Assembly (NCBI GenBank): GCA_963812755.1
Contig: CAWEWK010000006.1
Location: 15,645 to 79,644, forward strand
Reading direction: 5' to 3'
Origin: an uncultured Gemmatimonadales bacterium
Lineage (GTDB): Bacteria > Gemmatimonadota > Gemmatimonadetes > Gemmatimonadales > GWC2-71-9
DNA: 64,000 bases
A model generated the notes under the pieces. The model was not told where the DNA came from and made no database searches. It saw only the letters and a program-made list of their open reading frames with translations. Numbering within the stretch: position 1 is the first letter of the stretch; every line of letters starts with the position of its first letter. Shown here piece by piece: positions 46,521 through 56,398 of the stretch. A program made the translations under genes and the position numbers.

Positions 46521-47542
46521 ACGATGACCCTCCCGCACGCCCTGGCGAGCTCGGCCAACTCGGCGGCGCCCCAGCTCCCCTGATCGGTCAGGCGCCCCAA
46601 GAGGGGAGCGGGAAGGGCGTCGACTCCGAGCCGGCCGCCGCTGATCGCTCCCGCAATCGCCGCCATCGTGTCGGTGTCGCCGCCGACTTCAATCGCAGTA
46701 CAGACGGTGGCCCAATAATCGTCCGGTGAACGGAGAAACGCATACAGGCTCCAGAGAACACTGGGGATGACGAAGGCCGAGATTCCCTGCCAGCGGTCGA
46801 GATGGGCGGGATCGAGACCGGCAGAATGCACATGCCGGGCAGCGGCACCCGGATCGAGCGAAGCCCATTGGTCCAGCTCGAGAATCGACGCGGCCACCGA
46901 GAGGTCCTCCCGCTCCACCCAATCGGCCAGCTGCTCGAGGAAGCCGCGGCGTTCGAGCGGACCATGATCGGCGGCGAGGGCCACCGCTCCCGCGACCGCG
47001 ATGGCCCCGGCCGCGCACCGGGGATCGCGGTGGGTCACCCGGCTCTGCTCGCCCGCCGCTCGGCACATGCCGTCGGGGTCGTCGCTGAAGATCAGGCCGA
47101 GGGGCGCGGCTCGCATGGCGCTGCCGTTGCCGGCGTATGGCGCGGGTGTCCCGGCTTCATGCCACGCCACGCCCATCAGAATTCGCAGCGCCGCCGACCT
47201 GGTCCCTTTCCCCGCCCCCACGTCGCGCCCGTCGCGAAACAGAGCCGCCAGTCGGCCAGCAAAGACCCGTGGGTCCCATCCCCCGGCTCGATGAAAGCCG
47301 ACCAGCAGCTCCCGCGCGAGCTGGGTGTCATCGCTGTACTGGCCGAAGGGATAGTCCGAGTGGCCCCGTTCCCCGGCACGCCCCGCGAGCAGCCAGTCAG
47401 CAACGTACTCCTGCGCGACAGCCGGAGGCTCGGCCTCGACGACGAAACCGAGAGCATCGCCCAACGCCTGCCCCAACAGGGCACCGGCCAGGGCTTCGCC
47501 CAGGACGGCACCCCGCGACTGCGGGTCATACGGGCTGGACAT
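46508..47542 (-). CDS. ADP-ribosylglycohydrolase family protein
   Basis: GQALGDALGFVVE near the N-terminus and GGDTDTMAAIAGAISG near the C-terminus (ARH metal-binding motifs). Confidence 0.85.
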   Translation of the reverse strand: MSSPYDPQSRGAVLGEALAGALLGQALGDALGFVVEAEPPAVAQEYVADWLLAGRAGERGHSDYPFGQYSDDTQLARELLVGFHRAGGWDPRVFAGRLAALFRDGRDVGAGKGTRSAALRILMGVAWHEAGTPAPYAGNGSAMRAAPLGLIFSDDPDGMCRAAGEQSRVTHRDPRCAAGAIAVAGAVALAADHGPLERRGFLEQLADWVEREDLSVAASILELDQWASLDPGAAARHVHSAGLDPAHLDRWQGISAFVIPSVLWSLYAFLRSPDDYWATVCTAIEVGGDTDTMAAIAGAISGGRLGVDALPAPLLGRLTDQGSWGAAELAELARACGRVIVGSS

Positions 47543-48125
47543 CTCGACCGCAATGCTTGCAGACCTTGGCGCGCGCCAGAATCAGTTCGGCACAGTAGGG
47601 ACACTCGCGCTCCCGCCGGGTTGCGTCCGGCTGGGAAAGCGATGCTCCAGGATCGCGCCGGCCCTCCAGGGCGACGATCCGCGACTGCACCTGGCGGCGG
47701 AATTCCAGCGGCGCCGGGATCCGAGTGATCGTCTCCCGGGTGCCGCCGGTACCGGTGAGGGTGATGGTTCCATAGTTGAGCAGCCGGCCGGTCAGATCCT
47801 GCTCCACTCCGATTGCCTCGACCTTGCTGAGCAGGGTCTCCAACGAATGGCGTTGAATCAGTCCCAGCCGGGCCAGCACTCGCTTGTCGGTCACGGCGAA
47901 CTCCGAGCTGATATAGCGCAGCCAGGGGCCCACGGCGAAGACCAATGCCAGTACGATGACCGCAGCGCCAACGTACCAGTAGTCCCGCTGGAACACCTGG
48001 AGCGCAATACCCAGCACCAGGCCCGCAATCCCCAGTGTCAGCGGGCCCGCGAACATGATCCAGTGCGGGCGGGTGCGGTGAACGATCTGCTCGTCGGCCA
48101 ACAGGTGATCGTCGATGTAGCTCAC
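47526..48125 (-). CDS. membrane bPH (YdbS/YdbT-like) domain protein with C-terminal zinc ribbon
   Basis: Two TMs, then FAVTDKRVLARLGLIQRHSLETLLSKVEAIGVEQDLTGRLLNYGTITLTG (bacterial PH pattern), then CPYCAELILARAKVCKHCG. GTG 48125 overlaps the permease stop (GTGA) and is preceded by GGAGGAG. Confidence 0.75.
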   Translation of the reverse strand: MSYIDDHLLADEQIVHRTRPHWIMFAGPLTLGIAGLVLGIALQVFQRDYWYVGAAVIVLALVFAVGPWLRYISSEFAVTDKRVLARLGLIQRHSLETLLSKVEAIGVEQDLTGRLLNYGTITLTGTGGTRETITRIPAPLEFRRQVQSRIVALEGRRDPGASLSQPDATRRERECPYCAELILARAKVCKHCGRDVQPV

Positions 48126-49438
48126 CCGCTCCTCCGTGCTCGGGTCCACCCAAAGTACACCGGCACTCCCGCCAGCACCGCGCCCAGGCTCGCTATGGTG
48201 GCCCCCGGATGCTGGTACAGGGAGTTCAGCATCAGCGCCAGCATCGCCAACACGAAGACCGCCGGAACGACCGGGTAGCCCCATGCCCGATAGGGGCGGC
48301 TCAACTCGGGCCGCTTCCACCGCAGCACCACGACGGCGCCCACCGCGAGCGCCCAGAACGGCAGACTCCCCAGGATGAAGGTCTCGATCAGCTGCTCGAA
48401 GGTCCGCGAAGCCAGATAGGCGACACTGAGACCGCCGAGCAGGAGCAGGGCAACATAGGGTGTCGCGTACCGCGGGTGCACCGCGGCCACCATGCGAAAA
48501 AACAGCCGGTCGTCCGCCATGGCGAAAAAGACTCGGGAATAGATCATCAGTACCCCATTGAGCGCGCCGAAGGTCGACACGCAGACCAGCGCCGCGATCA
48601 GGGTGTTCCCGACCGGCCCGAAGAGCCGCACCGCAACGTCCGCCGCCACCAGAGGACTCCGCCCGATCTCATCCAAGGAGAGTACCCGGAGATACGCCGC
48701 ATTCGCCGCGAGATACACCGCGGCCACGGCCAGGTTGCCGCCGATCAGGGCCCTGGGCATGGTGCGGCCGGGGTCTCGTGCTTCCCCCGCGAGCGCCGCG
48801 GCATCCTGCCAGCCATTGTAGGCCCACAGCACGGTCACCAGGCCCAGCCCGAAGCCGCCCCAGCTGGTCGGGGTCAAACTGGAGGAGCTGGACCAGGCAC
48901 CCCCACCGGCCGGGCCCAGTGCAAAGGCGGCGGCCGTGAGGATCAACACCGCGGAGATCTTCGCCGCGGCGGAGAGGTTCTGAATACCGGCGCCGAAGCG
49001 CACCGAGCGATAGTTGCATCCGACCAGCACGATGATGGCGACCGCGGCGAGCGGGCGTACCTGCGACTCCACGGCAGGGAACAGCCGGCCCAGATACTCG
49101 GCGAAGACCAGCGCGATAGCGGCGCAACCCGACGGGATGATGATGAGGGAGAGCCAGCCGAAGAGAAAACCGGTAAGCGGGCCATACGCTTCGCGGAGAT
49201 AGACGTACATCCCCCCCGCACGGGGATACAGCGCCGCGACTTCGGCCAGAGCGAGAGCCCCGAACAAGGCCACCGCTCCTCCCAGCACCCAGATGAGCAT
49301 CATAGCGCCGGCCGCGCCGGTTTCAGCGGCAGTGGCGGCGGGCACCCGAAAAATCCCGCTGCCGATCATGGTACCAGCCACCATGGCCGCCATCGACCAC
49401 ACGCCGAGCCGGCGGGGCAGCCGGTCGACGTCACTCAT
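48122..49438 (-). CDS. APC-family amino acid permease
   Basis: LGVWSMAAMVAGTMIGSGIFRVP and a 12-TM profile. ATGA overlap with the kinase stop. Confidence 0.85.
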   Translation of the reverse strand: MSDVDRLPRRLGVWSMAAMVAGTMIGSGIFRVPAATAAETGAAGAMMLIWVLGGAVALFGALALAEVAALYPRAGGMYVYLREAYGPLTGFLFGWLSLIIIPSGCAAIALVFAEYLGRLFPAVESQVRPLAAVAIIVLVGCNYRSVRFGAGIQNLSAAAKISAVLILTAAAFALGPAGGGAWSSSSSLTPTSWGGFGLGLVTVLWAYNGWQDAAALAGEARDPGRTMPRALIGGNLAVAAVYLAANAAYLRVLSLDEIGRSPLVAADVAVRLFGPVGNTLIAALVCVSTFGALNGVLMIYSRVFFAMADDRLFFRMVAAVHPRYATPYVALLLLGGLSVAYLASRTFEQLIETFILGSLPFWALAVGAVVVLRWKRPELSRPYRAWGYPVVPAVFVLAMLALMLNSLYQHPGATIASLGAVLAGVPVYFGWTRARRSG

Positions 49439-52080
49439 GCGGGTTCTAACGAACGGTCCCGGTGCGCCAACAGCTCGGCGACCCGATGGACCAAGACCTC
49501 GGGAGAGAAGGGCTTCTGGAGAAAGGGGCGTCCCGAGTCGAGCAGGCCGCGGCGGACGACCTCGTCATCGGTGTACCCGCTCATGAACAGCACGGGAAGT
49601 CCGGGTCGCAGCTGGCATGCCCGGCGAGCTAGCTCCGGACCGTCCATTCCCGGCATGACCACGTCGGTTACCAGCAGGTGAATGATGCCGCCCCGTCGGG
49701 TGAGCAAGCCGAGCGCTTGATGCGGCTCGGCAGCTTCGATCACGCCATAGCCATGCCGTTGCAGAGCCCGGGAGGCCATCTCGCGTACCGCGAGCTCGTC
49801 CTCCACCAGGAGGATGACCTCACCCTGAGCCGGTGGGGGCGTCGCGCGCCCCGTAAGGGAGACTGGCGCGCTTTGATCCACCGGCAGATAGACCTTGAGG
49901 GTCGATCCTTGGCCCGCCTCGCTATAGGCCCAAACGTACCCCCCGCTTTGCTTGATGATGCCGTACACCGTGGCGAGGCCCAGTCCGGTTCCTTTGCCAA
50001 CCTCTTTCGTCGTGAAGAACGGCTCGAAGATGTGGCGCATGGTGTCTGGGGTCATCCCGTGACCGGTGTCGCTGACGACGAGGACCGCATAAGGACCGGG
50101 CCGAATGCCGATGCCGGGATGCTGCTTCAAATACTGATCGGTCAACACAGCTCGATCGGTCTCGATAGTGACCCGGCCTCCCAGCGGCATGGCATCGCGA
50201 GCGTTGAGCACCAGGTTCAAGAGGACCTGGGCAAGCTGGCCCGGGTCGGCCCTCACCTTGCCGGGCTTGCCTCGAAGCTGGAGCACTAGCGTGGACCGCT
50301 CCCCCAACGCGCGGCGAAGCACGCCGTCGAGCCCTCGCACGACGTCGTCGATGTCGAGTATCTGGAGCTGGAGCACTTGGCGACGGCTGAACGCGAGGAG
50401 CTGCGCGGTCACGGCGGCGGTTCGTTCAGCCGCGCCCCGGATCTGTTCGAGGTCTCGGCGCACCGTGTCGGCGAGATCGCTGCGCCGGAGCAGAAAATCG
50501 GCCGCCCCCATCACCACGGTCATCTGGTTGTTCGCCTCATGGGCAACCCCGCCGGCAAGCTGACCGACCACTTCCATGCGCTCGCTCTGGCGAATACGCT
50601 GCTCGGCCTGCCGCCGTGCGGTCGCATCGCTGTTCACTTCAATGACGGTCCGAGGCGCGCCCTGGTCGCTCCGATGGAGCACCCAGTAGGCGGCGACATA
50701 GATCGTGCGTCCATCCTTTGTGGTTTGAGTCAGCTCCCCCTCCCATTGCCCCTTTTCCTCAAGAGCGGCATTGATCGCTTCGACCGTCGTGGGGAATTGG
50801 GTGTGCAACAGCTCGTGAGACACCCGCCCGATCGCCTCCGCGGCCGACCAGCCGTAGAGCCGGGCCGACCCGTAGCTCCAGTAGGTGATCCGGCCATCCA
50901 GGTCCCGCATCAACGTCTGGGCGGCATCCAGCGCCTGCGCCAGGTTGCGGCTTCGAGCAGTCTCGGTCGCAAGCTCGGTCCGGATCCGCATCTGTTCGGT
51001 GATGTCGCGCTTGATGGAGGAGGCGCCGACGACTTTCCCCGACGCATCGCGGATGGGTGAGACACTGAGGTTGATGAAGATTCGCTGCCCGTCCTTGCGA
51101 ATCCGCTCGGCCTCGGAGAATTCGACCGGCTCACCGCGAGCCACCCGGCTCAGCGCATCGTTTTCCGTTCCATGGAGCTCGGGCGGAATGAGCGTGTGAA
51201 CTTTTCTACCAACCATCTCCGCGGCGGAATAGCCGAAGATGCGCTCGGCCGCGGCATTCCAGCTGATGACGGTACCATCGAGTTCCTTCCCGATGATCGC
51301 GTCCTCCGAGGAGGAGACGATTGCCGCCAGCCGGGTGGCCGCCTCCTGGGCCTCGGTTCGAACGGTGACGTCCTGTCCCACGACCGTGAGACCTTCGGGA
51401 GAGGGGTAGATCGTCACCTGGAGCCACTTGCCCACCGTCGGCTCGAAGGCCTCGACCCGGACGAGTTCTCGATCCGCCATGGCTCGGCGATATGCCCGCT
51501 CGAACGGCCCGTCGGTGGTTCCTGGAAATGCCTCCCAGTAACTCCGTCCCACGCATTCGGACCGGCTGCGGCCCCACAGCGCCGCTGCCCGGTCATTCAT
51601 GTAGCTGATCGTCCAATCGTTCCCCAGCACCAGAAAAGCGTCGCTGATGCTTCCGAGCACCCGGTCGATTCGTTCCGATTCTTTCGCTGCCTGACGCGCG
51701 GCCCGAAGCCGTGCTTCACCCAGCCATCCGGTCAGGAGGCCGGAGACTATAAACAGCGCGATGCCGATCTGGGCCGGCGGATCCTGCAGCGCGAACTGAG
51801 GCTCGAGGAACAGGAAGACGGCCGCCGCGATGGAGAGGAGGGTGGCCAGCAAGGTGGGGCCCAGCCCACCGAAAACTGCCGCGACGAACAGCGCGGGGAA
51901 CAGGGTGATGAACGGGAGTCGCCTTCCCACGTACGGACTGAGCAACATCCGAAGAGCGATTCCAACGCAGACCGCGGCCATTGCCCACAAGTAAGGCACG
52001 ACCCGCTGCCCCCACTGGATCATCCGCCGGGAGAGCCATAGGTGCGACAAGGGACGCGGGTTTGTCATCGTGGCGGGCAC
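49435..52080 (-). CDS. hybrid sensor histidine kinase (membrane DUF4118-like module, multiple PAS, HisKA, HATPase, receiver)
   Basis: N-terminal TMs; about 4 PAS-like repeats; H-box HEANNQMTVV; N-box LNLVLNARDAM; DTGHGM; GKGTGLGL. The receiver is ILLVEDE ... LLVTDVVMPGMDG. Exact start uncertain. Confidence 0.88.
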   Translation of the reverse strand: MPATMTNPRPLSHLWLSRRMIQWGQRVVPYLWAMAAVCVGIALRMLLSPYVGRRLPFITLFPALFVAAVFGGLGPTLLATLLSIAAAVFLFLEPQFALQDPPAQIGIALFIVSGLLTGWLGEARLRAARQAAKESERIDRVLGSISDAFLVLGNDWTISYMNDRAAALWGRSRSECVGRSYWEAFPGTTDGPFERAYRRAMADRELVRVEAFEPTVGKWLQVTIYPSPEGLTVVGQDVTVRTEAQEAATRLAAIVSSSEDAIIGKELDGTVISWNAAAERIFGYSAAEMVGRKVHTLIPPELHGTENDALSRVARGEPVEFSEAERIRKDGQRIFINLSVSPIRDASGKVVGASSIKRDITEQMRIRTELATETARSRNLAQALDAAQTLMRDLDGRITYWSYGSARLYGWSAAEAIGRVSHELLHTQFPTTVEAINAALEEKGQWEGELTQTTKDGRTIYVAAYWVLHRSDQGAPRTVIEVNSDATARRQAEQRIRQSERMEVVGQLAGGVAHEANNQMTVVMGAADFLLRRSDLADTVRRDLEQIRGAAERTAAVTAQLLAFSRRQVLQLQILDIDDVVRGLDGVLRRALGERSTLVLQLRGKPGKVRADPGQLAQVLLNLVLNARDAMPLGGRVTIETDRAVLTDQYLKQHPGIGIRPGPYAVLVVSDTGHGMTPDTMRHIFEPFFTTKEVGKGTGLGLATVYGIIKQSGGYVWAYSEAGQGSTLKVYLPVDQSAPVSLTGRATPPPAQGEVILLVEDELAVREMASRALQRHGYGVIEAAEPHQALGLLTRRGGIIHLLVTDVVMPGMDGPELARRACQLRPGLPVLFMSGYTDDEVVRRGLLDSGRPFLQKPFSPEVLVHRVAELLAHRDRSLEPA

Positions 52081-52096
52081 GAGCCTCTGGAAGAAA

Positions 52097-52183
52097 CGGA
52101 CAGGGTGGGATTCGAACCCACGATACCCTTGCGGGTATACCGGTTTTCGAGACCGGCTCCTTCAGCCACTCGGACACCTGTCC
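52097..52183 (-). tRNA. tRNA-Ser (anticodon CGA)
   Basis: Acceptor GGACAGG/CCTGTCC, anticodon stem CCGGT/ACCGG with loop CTCGAAA, long variable arm, T-arm GTGGG-TTCGAAT-CCCAC, discriminator G. No encoded CCA. Confidence 0.9.
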
Positions 52184-52368
52184 AGACACTAGTCAACCGA
52201 TTGCTGGCGCGAAGTTTATATCGCATGGTTCATGTTTTCCAGTAGCGGGTTTCTCGAAACCGGTTGCCAGGGTGAGAACCGCCGGGCGCTTGCTCCGTCT
52301 CACGGGGGACGGACATATTGCCGCGCGACAAAATTCCCCGACCATTCTGTCCGAAAGGAGCCCCCGTC

Positions 52369-53102
52369 ATGACGTCCGCCCCGCTTGCCTGGCTTGGCCT
52401 CGGTTTGGTTCCGCTCGCCCTCGGCGCCTGGAATCGGGCACCGGAGATGCCGCCCGGGCCGCAGACCGTCACCATCACGGCGAGCGAGTTTGCACTGGAG
52501 GCCCCGGACACGGTGGCGGAAGGGGCGGTCACTCTAAGGACATGGGGGGACCGAACGCTCCGATGCCGATGGGTGGCGAATCGAATGCCACCATGCTACT
52601 CAAGCCCGGCAGGTACCTCCTCGCCTGTCTCATCCCCAGCTCGGACGGCGTGCCCCATCTGATGAAGGGGATGGTCCGCTCCCTCACAGTGGTGAAGTCG
52701 GCCGCCCCTGCGGCCCTCCCCAAGAGTGACGTGGTGATGACCCTCAAGGACTACGGCTTCATTCTGTCCCAGCCGCTCGTGCCGGGTAAGCAGGTGATCG
52801 AGGTGCGAAACGCCGGGCCACAGTCGCACGAGATCGAGCTGGTCAGGCTCGCACCGGGCAAGTCGATGCAGGACCTGATGGCGTGGATCGAGAAACCGGA
52901 AGGACCGGCCGCCGGAGTTGCCCTCGGTGGGGTCAGCCCCTTGGCAGTAGGTGGGGTGTCATCCTTCGCTGTAGACCTGGCGCCGGCAAGGTACGCCTTG
53001 ATCTGCTTCGTTCCGGACGGCAAGGACGGCAAGGCGCACCTCGCCCACGGCATGTTGCAGGAGATCGAGGTGGGCAAGCCAGTCGCAGCTAACGCTATGT
53101 GA
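52369..53102 (+). pseudogene. tandem cupredoxin-like (type-1 copper motif) secreted protein, reading frame broken at a G6 run
   Basis: ATG 52369 (AGGAG 8 nt upstream) encodes signal peptide MTSAPLAWLGLGLVPLALGAW and the first strands in one frame (that ORF ends at 52662). From about 52544 the homologous sequence continues in the -1 frame to 53102. Two C..H..GM motifs: YLLACLIPSSDGVPHLMKGM and YALICFVPDGKDGKAHLAHGM. Confidence 0.55.
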
Positions 53103-53149
53103 AGTAGTTGTTTGACTGATGACATATCAACTGCTACTGGAGCCCTGCC

Positions 53150-53578
53150 CTACCGTTTCGCCTGAAAGAACCGCTTGAGCAGGTCCCCGCACTCTTCAGC
53201 AAAGAGACCACCGACCACCTCGGGTCGGTGGTTAAGCCGCGGATTCCGCAGGAGATCATACACCGAGCCCGCCATGCCACATCGAGCGTCGTGGGCGCCG
53301 AAGACCACCCGTCCTACCTTGGCCAGCACCATCGCCCCGGCGCACTGAGCGCAGGGCTCGAGGGTCACATAGATCGTGGCAAAGAGCAGCCGATCCTCCC
53401 CGGCTCGCTCCAGGGCTCGTTGCAGGGCTAGCAGCTCGGCATGCGCGGTCGGATCGCGCCGGTGCACCATTTCATTGTGCGCCTCGCCCAGAATCTCGCC
53501 TTCGGCCATTATGACCGCCCCGACCGGCACCTCCTCCCGCACTGAAGCGGCCCGCGCCAAACGCAGGGCCGATTGCAT
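53150..53578 (-). CDS. tadA: tRNA-specific adenosine deaminase
   Basis: VPVGAVI ... HAELLAL ... TLEPCAQCAGAM (the CDA zinc motif H-A-E / PCxxC). Start is ATG 53578. GTG 53617, which overlaps the clpB end, is an alternative. Confidence 0.88.
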   Translation of the reverse strand: MQSALRLARAASVREEVPVGAVIMAEGEILGEAHNEMVHRRDPTAHAELLALQRALERAGEDRLLFATIYVTLEPCAQCAGAMVLAKVGRVVFGAHDARCGMAGSVYDLLRNPRLNHRPEVVGGLFAEECGDLLKRFFQAKR

Positions 53579-53609
53579 ACCGGCGAGATCGGTAGGCGAC
53601 GGCGTTCCC

Positions 53610-56237
53610 CTACGCACTGACCATCTCCGGCACCGGGGAACCGTGAACCAGGCGTAGGTGATCACCGTCGCGCTCCACCCTGATGGTATCGCCATCCTGG
53701 AAGTTGCCCTCCAGGACTTCCAGTGCGATCGGGTTCTGGAGCACCCGCTGAATCACCCGCTTGAGCGGACGTGCACCGTACACCGGGTCGTAGCCCTGCG
53801 CCGCCAGGAGCTCCCGGGCCTCCGGGGCCACCTCCAACTTGAGGTGCCGGGCCGCCAACTGGTCCTCCAGCTTGTGCAGCTGGATGTCCACGATCTGTTT
53901 CAGATCCTCCTGGCTGAGTGGACGGAAGACGATGATGTCATCAACCCGGTTGAGGAACTCCGGCCGGAAAAAGTTGCGCAGCTCGTCGCGGACCCCTTGC
54001 TCCACCCGGGCCCAGGCCTGATCGCTGGTCTGCGCGCCGGCTTCCACGATCATCTGGCTGCCGACGTTGCTGGTCATGATGATTACCGTGTTGCGGAAGT
54101 CCACCAGCCGGCCCTGGCTGTCGGTCAGACGGCCGTCGTCCAGAATCTGGAGCAGCACGTTGAAGACATCGGGGTGGGCCTTCTCGACCTCGTCGAACAG
54201 GATCACACTGTACGGCCGGCGGCGGACCGCCTCGGTGAGCTGGCCTCCCTCTTCGTAGCCGACGTACCCCGGCGGGGCGCCGATCATCCGGGCCACCGAG
54301 TGCTTCTCCATGTACTCCGACATGTCGAGCCGGATCATGGCCCGCTCGTCGTCGAACAAGAATTCGGCCAGAGCCCGGGCCGTTTCGGTCTTGCCTACTC
54401 CGGTGGGCCCGAGAAAAATGAAGGAACCGGTGGGCCGGTTGACGTCACCCAGGCCGGCGCGGCTGCGCCGTACAGCGTTGGCCACCGCGGTAATCGCCTG
54501 CCGTTGGCCGATCACCCTGCGTCCCAGCTCATCCTCGAGCTTGGTGAGCCGCTCGCGCTCGCTCTCCAACATCTTGGTCACCGGAATCCCGGTCCATTTG
54601 GCCACGATCTCGGCAATGTCTTCTGCGTCCACCTCTTCCTTCAGATATCTCGCCGTGGCCTGCACCTCGGCCAGGCGGGCCTCGTCCTCCGCCAGCCGGC
54701 GCTCCAATTTCGGAATCTCTCCATAGCGCAGCTCGGCCGCGCGCTGCAGGTCGCCCCGCCGAGTGGCTTGGTCGACCTCCACCCTCAGCTGATCGATCTG
54801 CTGCCTGATCTGCTGGATCTCCTGGATCGCTTTCTTTTCCGCCTGCCACTGCGCCTTCATGCCGGCGCTTCGTTCCTTCAGCTCGGCGATCTCCTGTTCC
54901 ACCGCATCCCGCCGCTCTTTGGCCGCCCGATCCTTCTCTTTGAGCAGGGCTTGCCGTTGGATCTCGAGTTGGACGATGCGGCGCTCCACCTCGTCGATCT
55001 CCTGGGGCAAGCTGTCGATTTCGATCCGCAGCCGGCTGGCCGCCTCGTCCACCAGGTCGATCGCCTTGTCCGGCAGAAACCGGTCGCCGATGTAGCGGTC
55101 GGATAGGGTCGCGGCCGCGATCAATGCGTTGTCGGTGATGCGTACCCCGTGGTGCGCCTCGTACTTCTCCTTCAGGCCGCGGAGAATCGCGATGGTGTCG
55201 GCCACGCTGGGTTCGCCCACCAATACCGGCTGGAACCGGCGCTCCAGCGCGGGATCCTTCTCGACATGCTTGCGATATTCGTCCAGCGTCGTCGCGCCGA
55301 TCACGTGCAGTTCGCCCCGCGCAAGCGGCGGCTTGAGCATGTTGCTCGCGTCCACGGCCCCTTCCGCGGCGCCCGCGCCCACGATCGTGTGCAGCTCGTC
55401 GATGAAGGTGACGTATTTGCCCTGGCTTTCCGTCAGCTCCTTGATCACGGCCTTGAGCCGCTCTTCGAATTCACCCCGGTACTTGGCACCAGCCAGCAGC
55501 TGCCCGATGTCGAGCGCCACCAGCTCGCGGTTCCGGAGCGACTCGGGGACGTCGCCGTCGACGATGCGCTGGGCCAAGCCCTCCACGATCGCGGTCTTTC
55601 CGACCCCGGGCTCACCGATGAGCACCGGATTGTTCTTGGTGCGGCGGGACAGCACCTGCATCACCCGGCGCACTTCCTCGTCGCGGCCGATCACCGGGTC
55701 CAGTTTTCCGTTGCGAGCTTGATCGGTGAGGTTGCGGGTGTAGCGGTCCAGCGCCTGGTACTTCTCTTCCGGCGACTGGTCGGTCACCCGATGGGACCCA
55801 CGGACCTCCTGCAACGCGGCGCGGAGCTGGTCGGCGGTGATCTTTTGGGCGCTCAACAGGGTTCGCGCCGTGGTGCCCTTCTCCTCGGCCAACGCCAGCA
55901 ACAGGTGTTCCGTCGAAACGTACGCATCGCCCAGCTTCTTGGCCTCGGCTTCCGCCCGGTCGAAGATCCGGTTGACCTCGCGGCTGAAGGTGGGCTCCGC
56001 TCCCGCGCCGTTCTGGGTGGGAAATCGCGCGATCTCGCGCTCGGTCGCCTCCGCAAGCGCAGCGACATTGAGCCCGACCTTCTGGAGCAAGGGCTGAACG
56101 ACGCCCTCGGGTTGAGCCAGTAAGGCCGCGAACAGGTGAGCATCGTTGATAACCGGATTACCCCGCTGCCGAGCGATCTCGCCGGCGTCGCGAAAAGCCT
56201 CCTGGGCCTTGATGGTCAGTCTTTCGGGTCGAATCAT
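53610..56237 (-). CDS. clpB: ATP-dependent chaperone ClpB
   Basis: Two AAA modules ([15 protein letters not shown]; [16 protein letters not shown]) separated by a long coiled-coil M-domain. 875 aa. ORF trimmed to ATG 56237 (GAGGA upstream). Confidence 0.95.
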   Translation of the reverse strand: MIRPERLTIKAQEAFRDAGEIARQRGNPVINDAHLFAALLAQPEGVVQPLLQKVGLNVAALAEATEREIARFPTQNGAGAEPTFSREVNRIFDRAEAEAKKLGDAYVSTEHLLLALAEEKGTTARTLLSAQKITADQLRAALQEVRGSHRVTDQSPEEKYQALDRYTRNLTDQARNGKLDPVIGRDEEVRRVMQVLSRRTKNNPVLIGEPGVGKTAIVEGLAQRIVDGDVPESLRNRELVALDIGQLLAGAKYRGEFEERLKAVIKELTESQGKYVTFIDELHTIVGAGAAEGAVDASNMLKPPLARGELHVIGATTLDEYRKHVEKDPALERRFQPVLVGEPSVADTIAILRGLKEKYEAHHGVRITDNALIAAATLSDRYIGDRFLPDKAIDLVDEAASRLRIEIDSLPQEIDEVERRIVQLEIQRQALLKEKDRAAKERRDAVEQEIAELKERSAGMKAQWQAEKKAIQEIQQIRQQIDQLRVEVDQATRRGDLQRAAELRYGEIPKLERRLAEDEARLAEVQATARYLKEEVDAEDIAEIVAKWTGIPVTKMLESERERLTKLEDELGRRVIGQRQAITAVANAVRRSRAGLGDVNRPTGSFIFLGPTGVGKTETARALAEFLFDDERAMIRLDMSEYMEKHSVARMIGAPPGYVGYEEGGQLTEAVRRRPYSVILFDEVEKAHPDVFNVLLQILDDGRLTDSQGRLVDFRNTVIIMTSNVGSQMIVEAGAQTSDQAWARVEQGVRDELRNFFRPEFLNRVDDIIVFRPLSQEDLKQIVDIQLHKLEDQLAARHLKLEVAPEARELLAAQGYDPVYGARPLKRVIQRVLQNPIALEVLEGNFQDGDTIRVERDGDHLRLVHGSPVPEMVSA

Positions 56238-56354
56238 CCCGTCCTCTGGTGTGGCGCAACTGTTAAACCTTGGAATCTTCCGGAGGCGAGCGCAAGGGAT
56301 GAGCCCGGAAGTTCTGTCACATTGGCAGCGAATTCGTGCCGTAGCACGCGCATA

Positions 56355-56398
56355 CTGACAAACAACCAAGAGGGACGCCCCTCGCGGGTCGCCCCTCT
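56355..56398 (-). terminator. rho-independent terminator after the 56397..56834 gene
   Basis: Minus strand reads AGAGGGGCG-A-CCC GCGA GGG-G-CGTCCCTCT. The stem is 9 bp plus 3 bp with a GNRA-type loop, and TTGGTTGTTTGT follows. It starts at the stop codon. Confidence 0.6.

Noticed and set aside
51981-53102. 373-aa ORF as a single intact CDS for the cupredoxin-like protein
   Set aside because: Its first 130 or so codons run across the histidine kinase 5' end and the tRNA-Ser gene and lack a signal peptide. The credible RBS, ATG and signal peptide are in a different frame, at 52369.
56322-56341. Sigma-54-like GGCACG-N5-GCTGC element upstream of clpB
   Set aside because: The GG-to-GC spacing is 10 or 13 nt rather than the required 11, and the -12 element is weak. 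I could not support any specific heat-shock promoter or CIRCE element by eye.
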